From: a virus
Lineage: Duplodnaviria; Heunggongvirae; Uroviricota; Caudoviricetes
IMG/VR virus record: IMGVR_UViG_3300045988_038444
Coordinates: 1 to 43,689 of that record
Strand: one strand, 5' to 3'
DNA: 43,689 nt
A program made the translations under genes and the position numbers. The notes below the pieces were generated by a model that saw only the letters and a list, made by a program, of their open reading frames with translations, made no database searches and had not been told where the DNA came from. Every line of letters begins with the position of its first letter. Positions within the stretch are counted from its first letter, which is position 1. Below, piece by piece: positions 25,310 through 33,283 of the stretch.

Positions 25310-26568
25310 TATTCGTCACCTCGCATCGCTTCGATTGCTTCCTGACCTTTTTTAGTTGCAGAAACTGCCTGCATAGCCTGGGTGCGTGTTTTACCCGGAT
25401 TTGCTTTCAGCCATTCGTTGATCATGTCTTCCAGTGCACTGGAACCTTTACCACTACCGTTCGGCGCTGCTGGCTCTTTACGTGCTTTCCAGAGTTCGTC
25501 GGCCTGTTTGAGTTTTTCAACCAGAAAGTTACGATCCGCTTCCGGTAAACGCTCAAGAGTCATGACCATTTGGGTTTTCTGTACCATTTCACCCGGAATG
25601 TGTGCGAAATCAGCGTTCACGGTTTTTTCAGCTTTCGCCAGTGCCGCTTCAGTCTGTGCTTTGCGAAGTTGTTCGTCCTGAGATTTCAGAACATCATACA
25701 TCGGACCAGCTACAGACTTCTGAACAACCTGACCAGCAATCGTGGTAAACGATTCATCAGCCTGTTTAGCCATCGTCACGAGGGCATCGCGAGCAGTGGC
25801 ATCCATTTTACGGAATGCTTCCTGATCAGATTCAGGCAGAGAATTATGATACGCCTTATGGACGTCGTTCATCTCAGCCAGGGCTTTGTATTTTTCCAGT
25901 TCGGACATTTCGATTTCCTCTGCCGTTTTTAAAACTTGAGGTACTTCCTGGTCCGGGTGTAATTTTTTCCACGCGGATCGGACTTTGTTTTTCACACCTG
26001 CTAAATCGGCTTCAGGGATTTCAACTTTGTTACCGCGATAACCCGGACCTAATGCAGCAAGTGCAGCGCCTACAATACGCGCATCAGGTTCACCGCCAGG
26101 GGTAGCTGTTAAACGAAGTTTCCAGGTTGAAGGTTTTTCTGGATCTGGCACATATGCATAATCAGATGCCGGGAAAACTTCACCGTCTTCAGTTTTACCA
26201 CCTTTCGCTTTATTCATCGAAATACCAGCGGCCTGTTGCAACGTTATAATATATTCATTTACCGCGTCACGCAATGCTGCTTGTTTATCGGTAACAGAAT
26301 CATCTTTTGCAATATCCTCTGCTGCTTCATAAAGCGCATCGTTCAACATCCACGAATTAGAGAGGAAATCACGAACTTTCTGTTCAAGTTCTTTTTCAGC
26401 CAGTGCCGCGCTGAATGTTGACTTTAAAAGAACAACAGCAGGCGGTTCTGAATGTGATTTAAGAACAAGAGCATTTGCTCCCTCGTGAGCAGGTTTTGTC
26501 ACGCCGGACAGAAAACCGATCTTCATCGATTTAGCGCGGCGTAAATGATTAGTACCATCTGTACGCAT
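25309..26568 (-). CDS. Scaffolding protein (possibly a protease-scaffold fusion), 419 aa
   Basis: Highly alpha-helical, Lys/Glu/Ala-rich protein upstream of the decoration and MCP genes. Confidence 0.5.
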   Translation of the reverse strand: MRTDGTNHLRRAKSMKIGFLSGVTKPAHEGANALVLKSHSEPPAVVLLKSTFSAALAEKELEQKVRDFLSNSWMLNDALYEAAEDIAKDDSVTDKQAALRDAVNEYIITLQQAAGISMNKAKGGKTEDGEVFPASDYAYVPDPEKPSTWKLRLTATPGGEPDARIVGAALAALGPGYRGNKVEIPEADLAGVKNKVRSAWKKLHPDQEVPQVLKTAEEIEMSELEKYKALAEMNDVHKAYHNSLPESDQEAFRKMDATARDALVTMAKQADESFTTIAGQVVQKSVAGPMYDVLKSQDEQLRKAQTEAALAKAEKTVNADFAHIPGEMVQKTQMVMTLERLPEADRNFLVEKLKQADELWKARKEPAAPNGSGKGSSALEDMINEWLKANPGKTRTQAMQAVSATKKGQEAIEAMRGDE

Positions 26569-26978
26569 TATTCCACATCCTCATAATATGCAGTTCCACC
26601 GATACTATATCCCGTATATTCACCAGTCTGAAACTTTTTCAAAACTTCGTCATCAGTTATCAACGTACCAACAATGACGCCTGTCTGATCCAGTTTATCA
26701 ACCAGTCCAAAACTTGCTGCAATGTCTTCGGTCATCGGGAACGCAAACACAACTTTCCCAACAGGTTGTTGATTATGCATATTATCCATGATGCGCTGAT
26801 CAGAATTCATGAAGTCCAACCATGCTTTCAGAGTGACATCCTCGGGAAATTGCTCGTTGTCCGTGTCTGTGTAAATTTCTAACTGACCTGTCTCCTGATT
26901 ACGTTTTTTACAGATACTACCCCAACCGAATACCATACGTAGTGAGTTGTCAACCTTATTAACTTTTACGTTAATCAC
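26568..26978 (-). CDS. Hypothetical head-module protein (possible prohead protease, XkdF-like?)
   Basis: 136-aa protein between the HE fragment and the scaffold gene; the function call is weak. Confidence 0.3.
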   Translation of the reverse strand: MINVKVNKVDNSLRMVFGWGSICKKRNQETGQLEIYTDTDNEQFPEDVTLKAWLDFMNSDQRIMDNMHNQQPVGKVVFAFPMTEDIAASFGLVDKLDQTGVIVGTLITDDEVLKKFQTGEYTGYSIGGTAYYEDVE

Positions 26979-27385
26979 GGGGATTGTCCTCGTATTGTTT
27001 CAACATGACTAAATTCTAACATTTCGGATGAATAATTGCACTGGTGATACACGCTGTTTACAACGTTACCGAATATCTCAGAAAGATTCTTGATCGGTTC
27101 AACAGCAGTCGTTACTGGTTCAACAGCAGTCGTTACTGGTTCAACAGTAGTCGTTACCGGTTCAACAGTAGTCGTTACCGGTTCAACAGCAGTCGTTACT
27201 GGTTCAACAGCGTCCAGATGTTCAGCGACAACCTGGAAAAACACTGTGTTAGTTTCACGGTCAATAATAACCACTGTGCTGGAACTATCTTCAACAATGC
27301 TGAATGAGTAGTCGTAACGATCACCGTGAATTTTACGGGCGCGACGAATGAATTCGTCTGTAGCAACTCTGATGTTCGGATCCAT
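26975..27385 (-). CDS. Homing-endonuclease-related fragment: one EFIRRARKIHGDRYDYS module + (VEPVTTA)x6 repeat + short C-terminus; no nuclease domain
   Basis: DEFIRRARKIHGDRYDYSFS matches the HE-1 repeat. Start trimmed to ATG 27385 (AAGGG SD). Driven by the minus-strand promoter copy at 27416-27462. Confidence 0.5.
   Translation of the reverse strand: MDPNIRVATDEFIRRARKIHGDRYDYSFSIVEDSSSTVVIIDRETNTVFFQVVAEHLDAVEPVTTAVEPVTTTVEPVTTTVEPVTTAVEPVTTAVEPIKNLSEIFGNVVNSVYHQCNYSSEMLEFSHVETIRGQSP
27096..27215 (-). repeat. Tandem 21-bp repeat (ggttcaacagcagtcgttact, ~5.7 copies) encoding VEPVTTA heptads
   Basis: Copies at 27096, 27117, 27138, 27159 and 27180, plus a partial copy. Confidence 0.85.
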
Positions 27386-27415
27386 ACATTCAACCCTTCT
27401 TGTTCTCTTAACCAC

Positions 27416-27462
27416 AGGGTAGTTGTGTCGGTGTAATCCGTCAAGAATTATTTTGCGTATAG
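27416..27462 (-). promoter_or_regulatory. Early-type promoter copy on the MINUS strand (revcomp = CAAAATAATTCTTGACGGATTACACCGACACAACTACCCTGTGG), divergent from P3
   Basis: Near-identical (about 90%) to P3 over ~45 nt including the spacer; -35 CGTCAA at plus 27439-27444; -10 TACCCT. Confidence 0.65.
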
Positions 27463-27526
27463 ATTCATGGGAAGTATGCGACCCCCTATACCTTTTAAAC
27501 CTCTCCTACTTGCAGCAACTTTTACT

Positions 27527-27637
27527 ACTTATACTACTCTTCTATTTATCTATGTTTATTATGTTTTCTATAAAAAGATAACAAAAAGAATAAGATAGAG
27601 AGGGGTTGGTTAAAAAGTAAACATGACGAAATATATG
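27527..27637. repeat. Conserved ~105-bp intergenic element, copy A (core ttctataaaaagataacaaaaagaataagatagagaggggttggttaaaaagtaaacatgacgaaatatatg)
   Basis: About 90% identical to 42607-42713. Confidence 0.8.
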
Positions 27638-27651
27638 AATCTATGATCTAC

Positions 27652-27733
27652 TAATACACGTTCTGTATTAGCCGCAACTCAAAATCATGAAACCTATGTA
27701 GAACTATGTGCAGTTAGTACACGTTCTGTATTA
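27652..27733. promoter_or_regulatory. Two 19-bp palindromic operator-like sites TAATACAcgttcTGTATTA (27652-27670) and TAGTACAcgttcTGTATTA (27715-27733), 63 bp apart, just upstream of P3
   Basis: Perfect 7-bp inverted repeat with a 5-bp spacer; the second copy has one mismatch. Confidence 0.55.
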
Positions 27734-27740
27734 ACTGCAT

Positions 27741-27783
27741 CTTTAAAATAATTCTTGACGGATTACACCGACGCAACTATCTT
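27741..27783 (+). promoter_or_regulatory. Early promoter copy P3 (-35 TTGACG 27755-27760, -10 TATCTT)
   Basis: CTTTAAAATAATTCTTGACGGATTACACCGACGCAACTATCTT. Confidence 0.7.
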
Positions 27784-27814
27784 GTGGTTAACAGGAAGAA
27801 AAAGGAGACATGCA

Positions 27815-27883
27815 ATGATTTACTACATACTGGCTTTCATGATTTTCGCAGCACCTGTGATCGTAGGAATAGTAAGAGGTTAA
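27815..27883 (+). CDS. Possible 22-aa hydrophobic micropeptide (MIYYILAFMIFAAPVIVGIVRG)
   Basis: ATG with GGAGA SD right after P3. Confidence 0.2.
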   Translation: MIYYILAFMIFAAPVIVGIVRG

Positions 27884-27887
27884 CAGT

Positions 27888-28436
27888 ATGAACGAACTGA
27901 CAAACACCAACGTTGATTTCACAATGTCCAGCCTGGATTTCTTGAAGAATGTTATCAACCCAGCACGTGTGGCTGAAGGTGAGGAAGTCTGGGTCCGTCA
28001 TAATGATTTCTTAGCCAGAGTTAAGGATGAATTAGAAGGTCAAGTTTTGGTTACGAAACTTTTCACACCCAAACTTCAGGGAAGAGGTGGCAATAGAAAA
28101 CCGTTTGAAGTGGTCGATCTAAACATGGATCAAATGCTTCTTGTGGGTATGCGTGAATCTAAAGCCGTTCGCAAAGCTGTATTAGCCAAATTAAAGAAGT
28201 TGAATAACCACCAACACCAACCGTTACTACAGTTACAGTGTGAAATCGGAGAATTGCACAAACAGAATGACGAACTACGTAACGAAATTGAAGTCGATCG
28301 TAAGACCTATGATTTGTTGTTGGTAGACATGAAAAAGTTATGGGAAGAGAAAGAAAATCTGCAAAAAGAATTAACTGCTTTGCGTAAACAGGATGATGTT
28401 CGTAAACGTGCGCTTAAACTTTTACTTGGGTTATAA
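27888..28436 (+). CDS. Putative regulatory/DNA-binding protein with a C-terminal coiled coil (Rha/antirepressor-like?)
   Basis: 182 aa; N-terminal ...FEVVDLNMDQMLLVGMRESKAVRKAVLAKLKKL, C-terminal heptad-rich ELHKQNDELRNEIE. Confidence 0.4.
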   Translation: MNELTNTNVDFTMSSLDFLKNVINPARVAEGEEVWVRHNDFLARVKDELEGQVLVTKLFTPKLQGRGGNRKPFEVVDLNMDQMLLVGMRESKAVRKAVLAKLKKLNNHQHQPLLQLQCEIGELHKQNDELRNEIEVDRKTYDLLLVDMKKLWEEKENLQKELTALRKQDDVRKRALKLLLGL

Positions 28437-28439
28437 CCT

Positions 28440-28601
28440 ATGGGTAAAAAGAAACGGAAACAGCCTGTCAAGAAAGAACCATATAACCCACGGCATGTTA
28501 ATGAGTTATGGGCTAAAGATGTGGACGATTTTACTGAATCTGACTGGAGTAAAGTCACAAGGTTGATCGTTAAATTAAGACGACTATCGAGGTACGCGTA
28601 A
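28440..28601 (+). CDS. Small basic protein (53 aa)
   Basis: ATG 28440; stop overlaps the next ATG (TAATG). Confidence 0.3.
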   Translation: MGKKKRKQPVKKEPYNPRHVNELWAKDVDDFTESDWSKVTRLIVKLRRLSRYA

Positions 28602-28876
28602 TGTGTTACTGTATGAAAAAAGTTGGTGACGAACTTCAAAAACGTCTGATGGAAAAAGTACCAGTAGGTTCGGAAGTCAGCACTAACCTGTTTGATAAAG
28701 TTGGCTGGGATAATCAGTGTTTCGGTCTGACGTCTGGTAAAACTTACGTTATGTTGAAATATCGTCTTGCATACCGTGCTAAAAAGAAAAACGGTGAACT
28801 GGCGAAGAACTTCACGCGCCTGGAAACCAACATCAAAATGTCTTATTGTCCATTCTGCGGGGAGAAACAGGAGTAA
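28601..28876 (+). CDS. Small zinc-ribbon protein (C-x2-C ... CPFCG)
   Basis: Track ORF; Cys pairs at both ends. Confidence 0.4.
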   Translation: MCYCMKKVGDELQKRLMEKVPVGSEVSTNLFDKVGWDNQCFGLTSGKTYVMLKYRLAYRAKKKNGELAKNFTRLETNIKMSYCPFCGEKQE

Positions 28877-29104
28877 TCGCTATGGGAATGAAACAAATAT
28901 GGGATGGTAAAACCTTCCTTCTGTTGGTTGTGAAGTATTGATCCATCTGGCAAGCATTAACAAGTGGGTGGCACGAACTGTTCAGGGTTATGAAATATGG
29001 CCTTCTGTTTATGAAAATGATACGGCACATCACAGGGTAAACATAAAATTTGAAGATAATGTTCGTCTGTTATGTGATGTGCGACCTCTTGACTGGCGTG
29101 AACC

Positions 29105-29178
29105 TGATTAACTTGGTTCGATGGCTGTACTGAGTGGTTAAAATGGAATCCAAATATAACCACTCTAATACGTATAAT
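29105..29178 (+). pseudogene. Remnant of a homing-endonuclease 3' end (~90% nt identity to the last 70 nt of HE-2; WFDGCTEWLKWNPNITTLIRIITG*)
   Basis: cttggttcgatggctgtactgagtggttaaaatggaatccaaatataaccactctaatacg versus HE-2 ccgggttcgatggttgtacagagtggttaaaatggaatccaaatataaccactctgatacg. Confidence 0.6.
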
Positions 29179-30137
29179 CACGGGATAACATTTATATCTT
29201 GAGGGAGAGAATAAGCAACCCGGCAACGACAATTAATCACGTTCGCAGCACTACCGTTAGGATCACGAGGAAACATAAGTGGTCCTAACGGCGTTGAAAA
29301 CGGTCTGTCCATTGGTATCCAGCCGTTCGTTTCACCTGTAGAAATATGCGCATCACGTGTCCGACCATCTTTTCTATATAACCAGCGCTTCAGCAATTCA
29401 TTACTAATAGCCCCGGTAATCTGTCCCTGACGTATTGCCTGATCCTGACCAACTGATACAGCACGAAGTGATTCAGTACGCGCTATTGTCTCTGTACGCT
29501 GTTTTACATAACGCAAGCGTGTCTGTTCGATTATCTGGTCAATCTTCACCTGTGATAGTTTCCCGGCACTTACAGCGTTCTTCGCACTGTCTGTAACAGT
29601 GGTCAGACTGTTCACATAACCTGCTTCACCTTTTTCCAGTGCTGATCGTAGACGTTGAACCGTCATTTCCTGCCGTGTGGTTAACCCTATTGATGATCGA
29701 AAATCACGGGCTATCTGACGCGGATTTCGTCCGGTTACCATACCCTGGTTAACTGCAATCTGAACAGCTTTGACTGTTTCGTCACTGACTTCACGGATCA
29801 GTTGTCCGACATAGTTGTTGATATATGTGCTGACCTGTGGGGTGACCAGACTGAACACAACCGGACCTGTTACAGCCGCTTTCGGTAGAACCTGAACGAC
29901 TACACGACCTGATTCAGCGATCGCATCTTCAATAACCGGGCGCAACTGTGCACTAAGTTCATCAGGAAGTGTTTCAAGAATGGGGAGTAACCCGGCAATA
30001 CCTTGGGTTTCAATAATGTATTCCAGGTTGGCTAACGACTCACTACGACGCACGTTTTCCCACACAACATCAAGTGCTTCGCGAATGCGAGCGTCATACT
30101 TGTCTGAAATATCCGGGTATGGGTCTTTAGTAGCCAT
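29178..30137 (-). CDS. Head morphogenesis protein (SPP1 gp7 / Mu F-like)
   Basis: Family-typical segment ...NYVGQLIREVSDETVKAVQIAVNQGMVTGRNPRQIARDF...; size 319 aa. Confidence 0.65.
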   Translation of the reverse strand: MATKDPYPDISDKYDARIREALDVVWENVRRSESLANLEYIIETQGIAGLLPILETLPDELSAQLRPVIEDAIAESGRVVVQVLPKAAVTGPVVFSLVTPQVSTYINNYVGQLIREVSDETVKAVQIAVNQGMVTGRNPRQIARDFRSSIGLTTRQEMTVQRLRSALEKGEAGYVNSLTTVTDSAKNAVSAGKLSQVKIDQIIEQTRLRYVKQRTETIARTESLRAVSVGQDQAIRQGQITGAISNELLKRWLYRKDGRTRDAHISTGETNGWIPMDRPFSTPLGPLMFPRDPNGSAANVINCRCRVAYSLPQDINVIP

Positions 30138-30176
30138 AAAAAAGCCTCAGTTAACACACTGAGGCCGATTATATCA
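30137..30176 (-). promoter_or_regulatory. Candidate late promoter (ext -10 CACGTGATATAAT, plus 30168-30176) followed by a hairpin GCCTCAGTGTGTTAACTGAGGC + U6 abutting the ATG of the head morphogenesis gene
   Basis: The hairpin also acts as a terminator for upstream minus-strand transcripts; the GAGG SD lies in its 3' arm. Confidence 0.4.
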
Positions 30177-30310
30177 CGTGTTACGGACGTGGAAGATTAC
30201 GTTTTTCAGTTCCCTGAATGCGGTTCTTAACTTCGCGGATCTGTTCTTCCAGAAACTGTAACGCTTTTTGTGCTCGTTCGTAGTCTATTTCAAGTTCACG
30301 TAATAATTTT

Positions 30311-30505
30311 TCATCTTTTGTCACGATTATAACGTCCTTTAAAACCGGGTCTGACCATCAACTTACCATTCACCACCGCGTGAAATTCACCATTGGTGTC
30401 ATCCATATATTTATAAACTGTCGCTTTGTTACACCCAATCCTCCTAGCAAGTTCTGTCACGTTGCCATAAACGGTGGGTAGTAATTCAGAAATAGTTTGA
30501 ACCAT
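30311..30505 (-). CDS. Small HTH DNA-binding protein (64 aa)
   Basis: TELARRIGCNKATVYKYM is HTH-like. Confidence 0.4.
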   Translation of the reverse strand: MVQTISELLPTVYGNVTELARRIGCNKATVYKYMDDTNGEFHAVVNGKLMVRPGFKGRYNRDKR

Positions 30506-30687
30506 TATAATAGTTCCCCTCTGTCACGTGCCACACGTTCGATTAACCGAATCGTGGCAGACCGTTTATCACCGTCATAAGGTTCTTCATAACGAAGATC
30601 GTCTGTGAAAACGATTTGTTCACGGTCACAGTGAATAACAATAATGTCGTATTTGACCAGAAGGTCGAATGCTTGTTCACCGTTCAT
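30505..30687 (-). CDS. Hypothetical protein (60 aa)
   Basis: Track ORF; stop/start coupled (ATGA) with the downstream gene. Confidence 0.35.
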   Translation of the reverse strand: MNGEQAFDLLVKYDIIVIHCDREQIVFTDDLRYEEPYDGDKRSATIRLIERVARDRGELL

Positions 30688-31312
30688 CGTTAAGATATTC
30701 CTCTGCGTGTAATGCTGCGTAACTGATCAGATCTTCCAGACTGTCACGATGTGGTGTTTCAGTGTCGGAATAGAAACGAACCGCTTTTAACAACATCAGG
30801 AACAACCATCCTTCACCCGGTGTTAAATCGCGCCCGGTAATTGTGTTAAACGCAGCAACGATTTTAGCTGACGAACGTTCCTGACCAGACGTGTCATACT
30901 GCTTACCACGTTCTGTCAGTAGCTGTTCAGCCTGTTTCAGTAAATCAGACGCTGTTGATGGTTGTTGAACAGGTGTGAATAGATGCGCCAGGTGTAAGTC
31001 TGCTAATGACTGTTGTTTATATTTTGTTATTTCATCATTAGTACGAATAGAATAACCATGTATGGCTAACTTGTCGTCATTAACACGAGTAACCATTACA
31101 TCCCGTGGTGAGACTGCAGGACGTTTTTCAACGATTTCCCAGAAATTTTCACTGCTCATTGTAAATTCAGTACCTGTTTCAATTCTTATCATGCGTGCAG
31201 ATACACGGGGTTCTTCTGACCAGTGATAGTCAACACTGAATTTATTAATTTTTGGTTTAACAACACAAGTAGCCCAGTCCGGTGCTTCACTCCAGTTAAT
31301 GTTATGCATCAT
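30677..31312 (-). CDS. Hypothetical protein (~211 aa)
   Basis: Start trimmed to the MMHNINW ATG pair. The track's TTG-start extension is encoded by the reverse complement of promoter P4 and is probably not translated. Confidence 0.4.
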   Translation of the reverse strand: MMHNINWSEAPDWATCVVKPKINKFSVDYHWSEEPRVSARMIRIETGTEFTMSSENFWEIVEKRPAVSPRDVMVTRVNDDKLAIHGYSIRTNDEITKYKQQSLADLHLAHLFTPVQQPSTASDLLKQAEQLLTERGKQYDTSGQERSSAKIVAAFNTITGRDLTPGEGWLFLMLLKAVRFYSDTETPHRDSLEDLISYAALHAEEYLNDER

Positions 31313-31340
31313 TCGTTCCTCATTGGTTAACGTTGACAGA

Positions 31341-31384
31341 AGTTTAAAATAATTCTTGACACATTGCAAGCAGTAACACTAACA
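31341..31384 (+). promoter_or_regulatory. Early promoter copy P4 (-35 TTGACA 31355-31360, -10 TAACAT)
   Basis: GTTTAAAATAATTCTTGACACATTGCA. Confidence 0.65.
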
Positions 31385-31419
31385 TTTGTCACGAACGAAA
31401 CACACTGAGGAATCAAACA

Positions 31420-31923
31420 ATGACTAACCTGTATATCAAAAAACTAACACCCCACGCTGAACTTCCAACACGTGTAACACCAGACAGCGCCGGGTTAGAC
31501 GTTCGTGCTTGCCTATGGGAAGAATCGGTAACTATATTCACAGAATCAGGCGCTAAAGTGGAACGTCCGGTTGTTGCAGGAACAATCGCATTATGGCCCG
31601 GCGACCGCGCTATGATCCCCACTGGTCTGAAAATGTCAGTTGATAACGGATATTGCATTAAATTTTATCCACGTTCCGGCATGAGTCTTAAACACGGTTT
31701 GTCACTGATCAACTGTGTGGGTATCGGTGATCGTGATTACAAAGAAGAATACTACGTTACGCTGACTAACCACGGACAGAAATTACAGACTATCGCAGAC
31801 GGTGAACGCGTTTGCCAGCTTATGGTTGAACGTGTCGAACCTGTTAATCTGGTTGAAGTGGAAGAATTACCAGATGTTGATAGTCAGCGTAATGGCGGGT
31901 TTGGATCAACAGGACGGGTATGA
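31420..31923 (+). CDS. dut: dUTPase (deoxyuridine triphosphatase)
   Basis: Motifs AGLDVRA, YPRSGMSLKHG, GIGDRDYKEEYYV and QRNGGFGSTGR. Confidence 0.85.
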   Translation: MTNLYIKKLTPHAELPTRVTPDSAGLDVRACLWEESVTIFTESGAKVERPVVAGTIALWPGDRAMIPTGLKMSVDNGYCIKFYPRSGMSLKHGLSLINCVGIGDRDYKEEYYVTLTNHGQKLQTIADGERVCQLMVERVEPVNLVEVEELPDVDSQRNGGFGSTGRV

Positions 31924-32249
31924 TGAACAATCGTGATTTATTAGTCAACGCAGCACGGGCTGCTGAAATCCAGGGTAAATATTACGTCGCGTACGACGAA
32001 CGTTATATAAACGAAGGTATTGATATAGGTAATGGTCGCCTGTGGAACCCTCTTACACGTAATGAGGATGCTTTCAGTCTGATGGTTAACATGTACATGG
32101 ATCTGGATGTTCGTGACAACGAAGTGACGGTTAATAACCCTGACACTGGCGTTAGTTATAAGCAACCAGTTAGCCACGGAGAAGATCGTGAAAAAGCAAC
32201 GCGTTTAGCGATCGTCAACTGTGCAGCAATTGTGGGGTCGTATTTATGA
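31920..32249 (+). CDS. Hypothetical protein (109 aa)
   Basis: Track ORF overlapping the dut stop. Confidence 0.45.
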   Translation: MMNNRDLLVNAARAAEIQGKYYVAYDERYINEGIDIGNGRLWNPLTRNEDAFSLMVNMYMDLDVRDNEVTVNNPDTGVSYKQPVSHGEDREKATRLAIVNCAAIVGSYL

Positions 32250-32494
32250 CGATATTTAAAAACTCAATGGGCGATACTGTCGCGTATCTACCGAAAGTCA
32301 TTATTGCAGATCCATCCTGTGTTGATTACCCACACTGCAAGCAATCTGAAGCGACCTACAACGACCTGTGCGCTGATATTATGCGTGGTTGTGACATCGG
32401 TATTGAACGACTTCAGAAACTGCGGGAGGAATACGAAAAACGGTCTGTTCAGGCAGCAATGGGTTTACCGCCTGTATACGATAATTTAAAATAA
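32246..32494 (+). CDS. Hypothetical protein (82 aa); its last codons (..NLK*) are encoded by the UP-element of promoter P5
   Basis: Track ORF; gataatTTAAAATAAttcttgacgg. Confidence 0.4.
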   Translation: MTIFKNSMGDTVAYLPKVIIADPSCVDYPHCKQSEATYNDLCADIMRGCDIGIERLQKLREEYEKRSVQAAMGLPPVYDNLK

Positions 32495-32526
32495 TTCTTG
32501 ACGGATTACACAAGGACGTGTAACCT
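32487..32526 (+). promoter_or_regulatory. Early promoter copy P5 (-35 TTGACG 32498-32503, ext -10 TGtTAACCT)
   Basis: Identical to P1 over ~35 nt, including the spacer GATTACACAaggacGTGTAACCTACAA. Confidence 0.7.
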
Positions 32527-32556
32527 ACAAACATCAAAACAAAGGAGGACACAATC

Positions 32557-32901
32557 ATGTTATTCGCTATTTTATGGGTTCTTTTCTCTCTGATTATCGC
32601 GGGTGTTGCCAAACAAACGGGTCGCAACCCTGGTGCATGGTTCTTTATCGCATTTCTCACAAGTCCTGTGATCGGTGGTCTGATTCTGTTAATCGCATAT
32701 CTGTTTAACGGTAAGGTCGTAAGGGAACAACCGAAAGTGGTAACCACGGGGATGTTTAGTAACTACCTTGCAGCCTATAACTATGTTAATGAACATTACA
32801 CCATTGATACTGACTACCGGGCAGAAGCAGCCAGTGACCTGTTTAAGTATGCTACCTGTCGCGAGGACTGTGATAAACTGATCGCGAAGTACGTTAACTG
32901 A
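32557..32901 (+). CDS. Membrane protein (2 TM, 114 aa)
   Basis: MLFAILWVLFSLIIAGVA...WFFIAFLTSPVIGGLILLIAYLF; GGAGGA SD. Confidence 0.45.
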   Translation: MLFAILWVLFSLIIAGVAKQTGRNPGAWFFIAFLTSPVIGGLILLIAYLFNGKVVREQPKVVTTGMFSNYLAAYNYVNEHYTIDTDYRAEAASDLFKYATCREDCDKLIAKYVN

Positions 32902-32916
32902 CAGGAGAAAACTTAA

Positions 32917-33249
32917 ATGCGTTTTGAAATTCTTGAGCTTGTTAAATATGACAAGACTGCTGCTGAAATTCTGGTTGATGCAGTTGCTGACAACGAAGTG
33001 AAATTTAAACTACTTAACAAGGTCTGGAAATACATTGTAACCACGACTATTGTTGAGCAAGCATCACAGTTTAAAGAAGTTGTTGCTGATATGTACGCGT
33101 TCACTGGCGATGATGAGGTTAAACTACAACTGCTTGATAAAACGCTGGAACGTGCGATCAACAACAGTTATCCGTTACAGACTCGTATTCAGACTGCGGT
33201 TGATGAAGCGAGTAAATTACTGTCAATCGTGCAGCCTGAAACTAAGTAA
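32917..33249 (+). CDS. Hypothetical protein (110 aa)
   Basis: Track ORF with GGAGAA SD. Confidence 0.45.
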   Translation: MRFEILELVKYDKTAAEILVDAVADNEVKFKLLNKVWKYIVTTTIVEQASQFKEVVADMYAFTGDDEVKLQLLDKTLERAINNSYPLQTRIQTAVDEASKLLSIVQPETK

Positions 33250-33255
33250 AAATTA

Positions 33256-33283
33256 AGGGACCAGAAACGGTCCCTTTTTAATT
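33256..33283. terminator. Bidirectional rho-independent terminator between the converging + cassette and the portal gene
   Basis: Hairpin AGGGACCAGAAACGGTCCCT flanked by A/T runs on both sides. Confidence 0.7.

Noticed and set aside
30180-30310. Possible small minus-strand ORF in the 130-bp gap upstream of the head morphogenesis gene
   Set aside because: A translation attempt hits a stop after 9 codons, so the gap is treated as a non-coding leader/terminator region.
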